Below are positions 52,381 through 64,000 of a stretch of DNA of 64,000 nt, piece by piece (position 1 is the first letter of the stretch; every line of letters begins with the position of its first letter). The translations under genes and the position numbers were made by a program. The stretch is from Callorhinchus milii. Taxonomy: Eukaryota. The notes beneath the pieces were generated by a model that saw only the letters and a list, made by a program, of their open reading frames with translations, searched no databases and had not been told where the DNA came from. The stretch is taken from positions 40,798,001 to 40,862,000 of the forward strand of contig NW_024704742.1 in NCBI RefSeq assembly GCF_018977255.1. The letters run 5' to 3'.

Positions 52381-53572
52381 AGAACATAAGAATTAGGAGC
52401 AGGAGTAGGCCATTCGGCCCCTCGAGCCTGTGCCCCGCCATTCGATAAGATCATGGCTGATCTTCAGACCTAACTCTAATTACCTGCCCTATTCCCATAT
52501 CCCCTAATCCCGTTGTTTTTTAAAAATCTATCAGTCTCAGCCTTGAATATGTTCAAGGACTGAGCATCTACAGCCTTCTGGGGTCGTGAATTCCATAAAT
52601 TCACTACCCTCTGAGTGAAGAAATGTTTCCTCAACTCTGTTCTAAAAGGCTGACCCTTAATTTTAAGACTGTGACCTCTGGTTATAGAATCTCCTACCAG
52701 GGGAAACAGACCCTCAGTGGCTGCTTTATCAGCCCTTTAAGAATCTTATATGTTTCAATAAGATCTCCCCTAATTCTTCTGTACTCTAGAGAATACAGCC
52801 CTAGTTTATTCAGCCTATCCTCATAGGTCAGTCCCCTCATCCCAGGAACTAACCGAGTGAATCTACGCTGCACCCCCTCTAGGGCAAGTATGTCCTTTTT
52901 TAAATAAGGACACCAAAACTGCACACAATACTCCAGGTGCGGTCTCACCAAAGCCCTATACAGTTGCAGTAAGACTTCCCTACTCTTGTACTTTAAACCT
53001 TTTGCAATGAACGCTAACATGCCGTTCGCCTTCTTAGTTGCTTGCTGTACCTGCAAACTAACTTTTTGAGACTGGTGTACAAGGACACCCAAATCCCTCT
53101 GAACACTAACACTATCTAATCTCTCCCCCTCTAGAAAATAATCTGTTTTTCTATTTTTTCTACCTAGGTGAATAACTTCACACTTCCCCACATTAAATTC
53201 CATCTGCCACCTACTCGCCCACTCCCCTAGCTTATCTATATCCCATTGCAATCGTTTTGCATCATCCTCAGAGCTTATTCTCCCACCTAGTTTAGTGTCA
53301 TCCGCGAACTTCGATACATTACATTCAATGTCCTCGTTTAGATCATTGAAGTAAATTGTAAATAGCTGAGGCCCAAGCACTTATCCTTGTGGCACTCCAC
53401 TAGTCACATCCTGCCAATTCGAGAATGATACGTTTATCCCTACTCTCTGTTTTCTACCCGTTAGTCACTCTTCAATCCATGCTAATATGTTCTCATTAAT
53501 CCCATGGACCTTAACCTTGTGCAATAGCCTTTTGTGTGGCACTTTGTCAAATGCCTTTTTAAAATCTAAATA
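52381..53572 (-). mobile_element. CR1-clade LINE, 5'-truncated (RT domain and 3' UTR)
   Basis: YLDFKKAFDKVPH...GVPQG*VLGPQLF...KFADDTKLGG...LYRALVRPHLEYCVQFW; two in-frame stops upstream of the tracked ORF; 3' end CTCCTAATTCTTATGTTCT. Confidence 0.95.
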
Positions 53573-55069
53573 TCTAGCCCTGAGGAAGGTTATCCAGGTG
53601 AAGTTTGTGCAACCTTTTGACAAGTGGAAATCATATATTCCAAGCTGACTCTGAACAACAGTGTTGTAGATGGGGTAATTTTCATCTCACTTGCTTCTAA
53701 TACTGGGATCTTCATTAACCTTTGGTTAAGAGCTATAAATCAATGACAGAAGTTCAAGCGCCACTCACACACACTCATCTTAAGGGAACTCTGGTAGATT
53801 AAAATTGAACCAGCTTTGTGTACATCAGAGAGAAAGCTTCAGACACAAACTTCCAGCAGCAAGCATCTTCACAGGCTGTCGTACCACTCTGCACCTTTTT
53901 GGTGCTTCAGAGAAATCAAATGTAATCCGAGACTAGAAACTGAAACATTACTACTGAATCATCCAGTCTCCATGCCTCAAATACAATGTCAAATAGAAAG
54001 AATGCTGAGAGTGATGAAAACCCATAGAGCCAGAGGCTGAAGGTGCTCTTGGGATAGCTTAGCCAACAGAAATGACCTCTCACATGGAATAAGGTTCAGA
54101 TTGGCTTTTTTAGACTACTTGTTTAAATTTGTAATGTTAATTTCAGATATACAAAATGTAATTTTGTTGTTTATTGTTGTCAGGATAGGTAACAGATGAA
54201 ATCAACAAAGCAATAGCAGGTCTGAGGGCTACAAGTGGGTCAGTTGGTTACAGGAGTTTTAACATTGAAAAAAGAAGGTAGTCAACTCAAGCAAACTACA
54301 TGGCCTATTATGTAACAAAAAATGTTGGTAGCCATAGAAGCATTGTATTTATCAACAATTCTATCAAATTAAAAAAAATTCAGTCAAGTAAAACTTGGAG
54401 GAAATTATTCACAAGAAATGGATTGTCTTTGTTCTGATCAGGAAGCATTACTATGTTCTGAAGTAATTTATCTCATCTTCTTTATACTGTTTAAGTGCTT
54501 ATTGGGACACCTCCAGATCGATAGGTTCACCCTGATCTCGGGATATGGTTTGGTCAGCCAGATATCTGATACATGTGGAACTCCATCATCAAGCTCAAGA
54601 TTATCCAACCAAGGTTGAGAATCCCACACATGTATGCCAACTGCAGATAGAAATGTTTGTGTTTACCTAATTTCAGAGAGTATTAGGGACAAGTGAGCAA
54701 GAGCCAGAGTGTGCGTTGGGGTCCTGTTGGAATTTAACCAGCTAAGACCCCATTGACTGATCTTAGTTAGAAATTTGCATCTCACGTGGCTTTAGTTGCC
54801 AAACTCGTGAGTAAAAAAAATGTATTGTTCGTGGTCAATCCATTTACAGATAATCCAGCAGCAGTGAAAACATCCAAGTTCATGGATGGGAATGGAGAAG
54901 GAAGAATTTCAGCCTATCCCTTCCAATGAGAAAGCATTGAGGTCTAGGCTAATGAAAAAGTGTATTTTCAATTTATTTTCTATTGCCTAGCAGACACCTG
55001 TCTCAGGGAAAAAAAAGACATAATTTGTTTGCACCTTCCTCCATTCTTATGGTTCTCCAATACTCGCCC

Positions 55070-55232
55070 AAAACAACAAATTACATTTGTATAGTGGCTT
55101 TCACATCGGGATGATGTCCAGGGCCCTGGACAGTCAAGGGTTTGCAACCGAGCTGGGATTGGAATCAAAAGGGGGAGGACAAGGGGGTTGGGGGATGGCC
55201 AAAGGCAGCACAGTCAAAGAGGAAGGTCTTGT
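55070..55232 (-). mobile_element. L2 LINE 3' tail fragment
   Basis: CAACAAATTACATTTGTATAGTGGCTTTCACATCGGGATGATGTCC. Similar tails at about 48065-48170 and 31146-31195. Confidence 0.7.
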
Positions 55233-56837
55233 GACAAGTCAAAAATAGATTGGTACAATTTAATGGATTGCATCTCCAAACAAAAAAGTGTTTTCTGACA
55301 GAATTCAGGCTATGGATAAAAATGATCTATTCTCACAGCTTGCAGGGTACATCAATGCGGCTGTCTTAGTTGTATTTGAAATGAAAAATAGATACATTAT
55401 GCATTATATATATACACCCACATACATTTTTTATATATAAAATATACATACAGATAAAACTTTTTAAAATTAATAGGTTCCTGTTCTGGTCTAAAAACAT
55501 AAAACTTTGTTTACTATGAGATTCCACAAATCATTAATTTAGTCTGAAAAAAATACAAAGCATCAAGTGCTTATTTGCTTCCAAATATATTGTATTCCTC
55601 TCAGGCATTGCACTGCCTATCCAAATTGGTACCATCATACATAGTGTGGGTGGAGGGCAGGTGGGTCAGGCAGAGAGAAAGTATTATGCTACATAGTTGA
55701 CAGTGAGGCAACACTTTCTACCAATTATTATTTTTTGAAAATACCTAGCCACAAAATAAAATCCATAGAAACAAGCCACCATGTTTTCAAATCAAATTTA
55801 CAGGCAAAAGGACAGTATATTCTGGGAAATGCTTTGAGATGTCTTGAAGACGTAATAAGGCGCTATATCAAATGCAAGGATTGTTATTATTAGGCCAAAG
55901 TCTGCACTGGCTCTCAGAGCAAGGCATTCATTGAATCCCATTGAACCTAAACATCTTTCCTGATGTGAGGTGCCCAAAACTGAACGCAGTACTCCAGTTG
56001 CAGCCTAATCAATAATTTGTACAAACTCACCCCCAATCCTTTGCTTATGCGTCCTTTTACACCAAAAATCTTTTCTTTTTCTCCCAGGCCTTTACATTTG
56101 CTGTCACTTTCAAGTCACTTATGTAACTGTACTCCCAAGACAGTCCCATGTTAAACAGTCGTCTACTTTATCATTTTAAGTAAAAATAAGCCTTAACAAC
56201 TAACTCAGAAATTTGTATAAGGACACAAATTGTTTTTGCATAGATTTCAAACTAAACCGTTTGCAAATTCAAAGTAAAACCAGAACACTTAACTGCTCTA
56301 TTATGGTTTCAGACCAGAACAGAGGTTTATTATGCTCTTGGGGACTTTAGTAAGGATGGAATTAAAGAATACAAATATTCTGCTCCATGTTACACACTGT
56401 GAATGGTACATTTGAGAAGAAGCTTTGCTCAAAAATTCACTTCACTATTTCAAAAACCATTATGCTATTCCTATTTTCTTCCTGAAGTCGTTTGAGAGTA
56501 TAAATTCCAACAAAATAAGCCAAGGTTTTGTGCATTTGGCTCAGCCTTCAATTCCTCCCTATTTAAATTATTTTTTTGTTTAACTTTGGAAATAGTGCCA
56601 GATGTTACCGCTGCAGGAGCAAACCAATATAGCAGGAGCCCAGGGAGGACAAGCTCAGACTTTCTATGTACACAGGATTGCCTGACAGAGAAAATACACT
56701 GGTCACTGCCAAAACACTCTGCAAATGCGTCAGTGAAAAAGACATCTTCATTTGAGACACTTAATGTTCATAGATGTTAGGTTTTGTATCATCATTCACT
56801 TTACTTCCAGGCCTTGGAGAGGGTGCAAAGGAGATAT

Positions 56838-57153
56838 GGAGTCCTGTAGCTCAGTGGTTAGAGCACTCGTCTTGCAAGCGAGACACCTGGGTTCAATTCC
56901 AGGCAGAGGGCGAAACCTTGGGCAAGTTTCCTTACTCCACACACCTAATAATAATCCCTCCAAAACAAAACAATAATAAATTGGTCATTTTCAATCCACG
57001 ACTGTTTGTGGGACACTGCTGTGCGCAATTGGCTGCTGCGTTTTGCCCACAAATATACAGTCAATTCACTTTACGGCATATTCTGTGAAGCGCTTTGAGA
57101 CGTTTAGAAGACGTGAAAAGCGCTATATCAAATGCAAGGATTATTATTATTAT
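56838..57153 (+). mobile_element. Full-length tRNA-Ala-derived SINE, same family
   Basis: GGAGTCCTGTAGCTCAGTGGTTAGAGCAC...GGTTCAATTCC...ATCAAATGCAAGG(ATT)n. Confidence 0.93.
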
Positions 57154-57155
57154 AT

Positions 57156-57623
57156 ACCAGAATGGTACCAGGGATGAAGGACTTTGTTATGTGGAGAGAC
57201 AAGAGTGGCTGGGATTGTTTGTTCTCCTTACAGCATAGAAGGTTAAGGGGAGATTTAATAGAGGTGTTCAAAATTATGAGGGGTTTTGATTGACCAAACA
57301 GGGAGAAACTGGTGGGTGGGTCAGTAATCAGAGGACACAGATTTAAGATAATTGGCAAAAGAACCAGAGGGGAAACAAGGAAAATTTGTTTTACCCAGAG
57401 AGCTCTTACAATCTGAATGTACTACCTGAAAGGGTGGTGGAAGCCAGTTCGATAGTAGTTTTCAAAAGGGAATTGGATAGGTGCTTGAAAAGGATAATTT
57501 TGCAGGGTTATCGGGTTGGAGCAGGGGAGTGGGCCAAGTTGGATAGCTCTTTGAAATAGCAGGCACAGGCACAATGCGCCGAATGGCCTCCTCTGTGCAG
57601 TACGATTGTAGGATTCTATGATT
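57156..57623 (+). mobile_element. CR1 LINE 3' fragment abutting a SINE tail
   Basis: RLRGDLIEVFKIMRGFD...RGHRFKIIGKR...; 3' end GAATGGCCTCCTCTGTGC...ATTCTATGATT. Confidence 0.85.
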
Positions 57624-58571
57624 AAAGGCCTTGAAAGTTAAGACCCAAGCTTGCTAGATATCTGGAGCAAATTTAAAGCTTTATTAAAGTCTTAAATCAC
57701 TTTTGTTTCAGTTGCTCATAGAAGTTGAGCATGCTGTTACTCGCTGATAAAAAGGCTTGGCGTAATCTATTTTTCACGGAGACCTATTTCTCATAACAAA
57801 TGCCATATTTCATTGACATGGTTTGTCGGGGAGGGGGTGAGGTGGGGGGTAAGAGCAGAGAGAAAGAGGTTGGGGGTGTGAAAGATGAAAACTGTTTAAA
57901 GGTTTTGTTTGAACCTTGCGCTTTAAATCACTTCTCAGAACCTTAGTTGAGAATCACACCCACTGAAATGTTCATTATAACCATAGCAACATATGGTACA
58001 AGAGCTTATAGGATTTACTAATGAGATCAGGTGACTCAGACACCCCACCCGATCCTTGGATTTAGCAGCCAGTTACACAAACAACCACAGCATCTTTATC
58101 TGCACTCCTGCTAATAATACAGGTGGATATACGGGTGAACTGTACCAGAAGGAATAAAATTAACACAGAATTTCATCGAAGGTAGCAGATTCTGTATTAA
58201 TACTTAAAGTACTGTACTTTCATTGGCCTTTTGCTGACGATTTAAAAGAAAATGATTTAATGACATTCCATAAAACAATGAACAGTAAACTCAACACATT
58301 TCTGGATAGATAACATAAATTGGCTCTGAAATACCTACAAGTTACTCTTTGTTAATTTGGGATTACTGAAAAACTCTTAACAGTTAATTCAATAAACAAT
58401 AGCATGCAGAGTCCAACATTTAAGGCAATTCAAAACTTTTCACCATTGTATTTTGTTGTCATGGTACGACAGAAGGGATTTATCCTCAATATTGTATAGC
58501 TGAAATAATGAACACTTGGAAGATTTCCAGATTAGAATATGTGCTATACAAAAAAAATCGAAAGTACTTAC

Positions 58572-58794
58572 CATGAGGAAAAGGATTTGGCTGTACTACT
58601 GCTAGGAAAGCACGCGCCATCTGAAATAGGATTCCTATAGGTCCAGGATCATAAAATATATTAGTTTCATATTCTCCAGCAAATACATCCCCAAGATTCA
58701 GTTCCGTTGGTTCAATGATGTAGTTCCGTGACTGGCTTTTACCTCCAGTTCTACTACAAAGCATCAGCAAAAGCATTCCCACTGCTCGAACCAT
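58572..58794 (-). CDS. PROM1: Prominin-1 coding exon 1 (223 nt): signal peptide and N-terminal ectodomain
   Basis: ATG at 58794; MVRAVGMLLLMLC...YDPGPIGILFQMARAFLAVVQPNPFPH matches the prominin-1 N-terminus (GPIGILF...VVQP..FP). Donor G|gtaagt, phase 1. A candidate acceptor ttttctctttcag at 58854 suggests the exon starts at 58853 after an upstream non-coding exon. Confidence 0.95.
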
Positions 58795-59667
58795 GACTGC
58801 AAAAGTACAATCACCAGATCAAAATCCTAAACAGATTTCCTCTTTAGAGCTAACTGAAAGAGAAAAGTGTTATTCATCCACGGCAGGAAAACAAAATATT
58901 CTGGATGAATTTCCGCCTCTTCACTTCTGTGTTTGCATCATTTCATACAACTTCCATATCAATATTCTGAAGCGAAATATGTGGAGGTCTCTCAGTCCTT
59001 CAACCAGTCTTCAGAAATGCACTCTGATTCCAAACGGCAGCGAATTGCTATTCACGCTCTCTGCAGAGCTGCTTTAGCACACCATCTCTGGCAATAACAG
59101 AAAATGACAACTGAAGAGGTGGTTCAAGATTCAGCTGTCTCAGCTCGTCCAACTAATGCTCAGCAGAAAGCTTCATCCGTAGAGAAAGCCTAGGTCAACA
59201 CACCCACAGGCAAGTGTCAGCTGGTAAAATGCCTGGAAGACATCAATCTGTAACAGAAAATCCAACAATTTAGACTGACATTTAGGATTGCATGTAAATG
59301 CATATATTCTAGCATATAATGGGAAATACTGTGGGGACTTTTCAATAAAGAAAATAATTCATTAACATTAAAATTTTTCCCACAATTAATAAATGTGGCA
59401 GGCACCAGCACAAAACACAGTGTCAGCTCTACACATACAACATAAATTTACATAGCACGTTTCACATCAGGAGTACTAACTGGGTTCCTGAGCTTGGAGT
59501 GGGAGCCAAAAGGAGGTAGGAGGGGAAATATGACATAAAGAGCAGTTATCTCCGGTTATAAAGTTGCCTGAAATACCTAATGATATTTTTAGCAATATAA
59601 TGGTCCGAATAGTCAAAACAACTCTATTTGTTCAAGAGTTTTGTTGTTAAACTGAATATTATTGCTT

Positions 59668-59927
59668 TAATAATAATCCTTGAATATGATACAGCACCTT
59701 ATCATATCTTCAAAGTGCTTCACAACAACAACATTACATTTGTAAAGCACCTTTCACGTCGGGAGGACGTCCCAAGGTGCTGAAATACACTCTGTAAAGT
59801 AAATTGATTGTATGTTTTGTAGGCGACACCCGGTAGCCAATTGAGCAGTGTCCGACAAACAGTGTCACACACATGGATTGAGTGACCAAATTACTATCAT
59901 TTTAATTTTTTTTGAAGGGATTATTAC
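59668..59927 (-). mobile_element. Decayed SINE with a nested ~60-bp L2 3' tail
   Basis: SINE tail and body interrupted at about 59723-59781 by ACAACAACATTACATTTGTAAAGCACCTTTCACGTCGGGAGGACGTCCCAAGGTGCTG. Confidence 0.75.
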
Positions 59928-60272
59928 CTTTACAATACCGTTCCTAATATAAAATTAAAGAAATCCTGTATCTAACTTTTTCATGTATATTATAAAAAAA
60001 TCTAATTTTCTTCAATCATTGTATTTATAAGCAATGTTTTACATAACATATACAAGAAGCTGAACACAATAAAGGTTTTTCACAACTTTTACTTCTGTTT
60101 CAAAATTTCTGTTGCAGTACAACACAGGAAACCAATCTAGCTCGAAATAGTTTGGCAAACCAACTTCAGGAACAGATCAGCCCAAAATAAAAACCCACCT
60201 TATATTTAGTCATTAGGACAGGAGTAAAGCTTGCCCAAAGCTCTTAAAATACTAATACATTTACCTTCTCAC

Positions 60273-60313
60273 AATAGGATTTATTTTGTTCCAGGATCAT
60301 AAAATACATTAGT
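60273..60313 (-). pseudogene. Decayed partial duplicate of PROM1 coding exon 1
   Basis: 35/41 ungapped identity to 58625-58665; translates TNVFYDPGTK*IL versus TNIFYDPGPIGIL. Confidence 0.6.
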
Positions 60314-62339
60314 CATTCAATCAGAAAACTACAGTTTTGTCCATGATTTGCAATCTTGTCTAGTCGTGTGAATACACCACACAGAGTGCAAGGACCTCTC
60401 CAGAGTGAGAAAGGAAAAGAATCACCTCAAAGAACTCTCAGAACATTTCAGTCAATTCTACAACAACTTATCTTGCCAAATTCTGGACGGTCTGAAATGC
60501 TGCATAACATTAGCAAATTTAGCCCCAGGTAGAATTTCTCCCCATTGCTTTTTCAAAAATAGTGGAGAAAGAAAGTGGCGCTCTAGCACATAAGGTTTCC
60601 CGATTATATTCCAAATGTAAAGGCCCGTATTGTAGCTGTGGTAATGGATTCAATAAGTTTCCCATGAAGAAAATGATATTTTCATCAAATCCAGCAGATA
60701 CATGATCTGGGCTGTTCTTGCACACCGCCCTGGGCCTGGGAGAATTGCAGCATAAACAGAAGCCCTCAGAACAGCCCATGGAATTTCACTTGTGCCCGTA
60801 AAGAAAACAAATGCTTTTGTTAGTGAGAAAGAAAATCAGTTTGTTTGCACATTGAAATGGATTAGTTGCCACCAGATCTCAAAGCTAACATTGGTGAATT
60901 TTGACATTGCTAATCAGATTCTGTTTTAACCTTAAAAACAAGTGTGCTTCCTTATAATTGGAGAAATAAAGCACCTTACACATAAATGTTTGAAATCATT
61001 TTTAGTTCAAAATGAAGTGACTTTTATGTAGGCAAACAAGCTAATTTGTGCCAGTAGCATCCCACAAAAAAAATAAGATGAGCAGCCATTTAATTTGAAT
61101 GTTTCGGGTGAATTTGGTTGAGGAGAGAACAGGGCAATCAAAGGAAATGTTCCACTTTTCTTTGTACAGAAGCAGCAGCAGGTGAATCCCTGGACTTGAA
61201 TCACAAGACAAATGGGAGTAAATCAATGACCCACTTGAAAAATAAATTGAATTTGCATCACAGGAAAAACCCATCTTTAATAGGTTGTCAAATCATTTGC
61301 ATTATTTGATTGATTTAGTGTAGTGTCATGGGACACTCAACTTTTCCCACTTCAATGAGTAACTGATTTCAGCCTATCTGCATGGGGAGATGCCAATTGA
61401 GAATGCAGCACCTTCCCACAAGATGTTGGGATTTTAAGACAGGCTCATCTCAGATGCCTTATGCGATTGAACTTCAGAGGAGCAGATGTACAGATCTGAA
61501 GAAGGTCATCTGCCCATCTTCGCAGTTGCAGATACTGGATGACTGGATTGTGGCAAGGTATAAAGGAATTTGTACGATGAAAAAGAAAAGTACCATTCTG
61601 GAAACATGCCTACACATATGCAACCCCTTTTATAAAAATCCTCTATATATCCATTTGCTTCGGGCAGTGTGGAAGAACAGAAAATAGAATCCATTAGCAA
61701 AGCACTTTATTCCATTTACTTCATAACACTGGGGAATGAAATTGACGATAATTCACTGAACAAATAGAAATCACTGTAATGAGCGCCACAATAAAACATC
61801 AACATTTGTGTAAGACGGGCTGGAGGCTGATGCTACCATTGAAATATCGCCATCATTCACAAGAGAACAAGATTGAACATATTGTTCAGAGTTTCTATCA
61901 ATAGAGGAACACACTTATACTGCCGCAGACAGATAATGATCCCTGAGCACATTTAATCAGTAAAGACGGTAATAGACTCATTACTGGTAGCAAGAATCAC
62001 TTCTGCAAGTTAAAAACACTGCTACTTCGCAGTGAATCAGGACACAGACCATAATCTGACAAACAGCGTTGGACAGCTTTTTTCAAATGTGAAATAATCA
62101 AAGCTGAAAAACAGCTACATACAATGAAAATGATCTTTTACGGGTTTTCAGTTGTCTGTACAAATAAAGACGAAACGTCTGTCTGTCTGCCAAGAACGCA
62201 ATAACCAGTTGACATAGAGACATGATTTATCACTCATCAGAAAGGTCGTTCAAGAGGGAGTGTCATGGGCATATTTTTTCAGGGAATCTCCTATTGTTGA
62301 TGAACTATGACTTAAACAAGCTCATCACACATGTATGGA

Positions 62340-62428
62340 CTCCCAACCAGGAGTACTCCTCCCAACCAGAAGTCCTCCTCCCAACCAGGAGTCCTCCTCC
62401 CAACCAGGAGTCCTCCTCCCAACCAGGA
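62340..62428. repeat. 19-bp minisatellite, about 4.7 copies
   Basis: Unit CTCCCAACCAGGAGTCCTC with two single-base variants. Confidence 0.92.
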
Positions 62429-63436
62429 CCCAACAAACAATGCATGCTTTCAAAGTATTCTGTGTGAGATGTTTTCTTTAGAAGCTAGCATTATCCTGTT
62501 AAACCATACAGTTAACCAACTTCAAACTTCAAGCTTTCTCCGGTCCCAACATACGCTTACTTCAACTTGTGAGGAGCTCATATCTCAGATGGAAGTGCTT
62601 CCGCATTCCCACACTGAATGGCAACAAAGTTGCTCAGGACACTACAGTGTTTTACAGAAAAGTACAGGTTCAATCTCCTATGCCACTGAATGTGATAATA
62701 ATCTGAACTTCTACGGGGGAAGAACTTGCTTCCTTATAGTACCTATCTCAAAGTACTTTAAAAGGAATAACTGTGATGGCTATTGACTTACTGTAGGTAA
62801 ATGTGGCAGCATTTGCACCATTAAGGTACCATAAATTGTCATGAGATTAATGATTAATCAATTTTCAGCTATAGTACAGAAAAAGTCTATTTTCAAATAA
62901 TGTCAGACTCATAGATCTGAACAGGCAGGTGGGAGCTGATAAACAGCATTGTGTTCTCAATGTGGAACTTGAATCTATTACCTTCTGCCTAGATGCGAGA
63001 GTGTTGCCAATTGTACAACAGGATCAGATTTGTCACCAGTTCAATATTTTACCATATCTACAAAAATAGTCAAAAGAAAATCAATGAGTAGGCAGAACTT
63101 CATAACTAACTTTTCTGTTTTATTATTCAATATCCATAATTCAATAAGAATTTTTAATACAATACTCTACCTACCAAAATATTTTGTCTTTTCAGGCTAT
63201 TTGCAATTCCACCATATCAATTATTTAAATAAATACCTACATGAGATAGAACACCACCTTGCATTTATATTGTGTCCTTCACGCAGGAAGGACACTATAC
63301 AAAGTCAAACAGAAGTATTTGGTTGCTAAGACAAGTTAAATATTCCAAATACATTAAATCACGTGAAATTTTTGATTTGTATATGCAAAAGCAATCGTAT
63401 TTACTGCTAAATCTCATACAGATTAACAGACTACAT

Positions 63437-63749
63437 GGAGTCTTGTAGCTCAGTGGGTAGAACACTCGCCTTGCAAGCGAGATACCTGGGTTCAATTCCA
63501 GGCAGAGCGAAACCTTGGGCAAGTTTTCTTACTCCACACGCCTAATAATAATCCCTCCAAAACAAAAAACAATAATAAATTGGTCATTTTCAATCCACGA
63601 CTGTTTGTGGGACACTGTTGTGCGCAATTGGCTGCCCGGGTTTAACCCACAAATATACAGTCAATTCGCTTTACAGTATATTCTGTGAAGTGCTTTGAGA
63701 CGGCGAGAAGACGTGAAAGGCGCTATATCAAATGCAAGGATTATTATTA
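63437..63749 (+). mobile_element. Full-length tRNA-Ala-derived SINE, same family
   Basis: Same head, body and tail as the 56838 copy. Confidence 0.93.
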
Positions 63750-64000
63750 CGTATGGTGTATGCAAAATGCACCTATTCTTCATTCTTCCAATCATATTCC
63801 CCGCCCTCTCACATTAGCTTATTTAAAAAAATTAAAGTGGGTTAGTTCTGCACAGGAAAATATTTAAAGCAAATGACTTCAATCAGATATTAAAGTATAA
63901 CATTGTCTAACAAAATTGATCTGGAAATGGGGACATTTTCTTTACTTTAAAAGGATAGATTTCCTACTTTTGTTTCAAACTAAACAATTAAATTAGATAC

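Noticed and set aside
52694..53380. 228-aa reverse transcriptase ORF
   Set aside because: Part of a 5'-truncated CR1 with in-frame stops just upstream; not a host gene or an active element
62331..62786. Pro-rich ORFs and a CRISPR-like look at the 19-bp repeat
   Set aside because: Units are contiguous with no spacers in a vertebrate context; this is a minisatellite and the ORFs are by-products

Overview
Eukaryotic, AT-rich vertebrate DNA. The repeat complement (tRNA-Ala-headed Deu-type SINEs, L2 and shark-type CR1 LINEs) suggests a cartilaginous fish, possibly a holocephalan; this is inference. The window holds the 5' portion of a prominin-1 (PROM1/CD133) gene on the minus strand. I traced 17 coding exons by hand from the ATG at 58794 down to 1396. 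All have GT-AG boundaries and compatible phases and give 1992 nt (664 codons) of uninterrupted frame; the gene continues past the left edge. Intron 1 is about 29.3 kb. The rest is intronic or upstream DNA full of SINE, L2 and CR1 fragments and a few MITEs. Most ORF-track entries are spurious or LINE remnants. Best leads: (1) two frame-preserving 9-nt microexon candidates at 8629-8637 and 7217-7225, besides the known-type 27-nt microexon; (2) a perfect 25-bp-arm, pre-miRNA-sized hairpin in intron 8; (3) a perfect 38-bp-arm nested palindrome beside a CTCF-like site; (4) a decayed copy of part of coding exon 1 about 1.65 kb upstream; (5) a hAT-like element in intron 1 carrying CCAAT, TATA and CRE motifs. 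I found no evidence for a wholly new multi-gene system.
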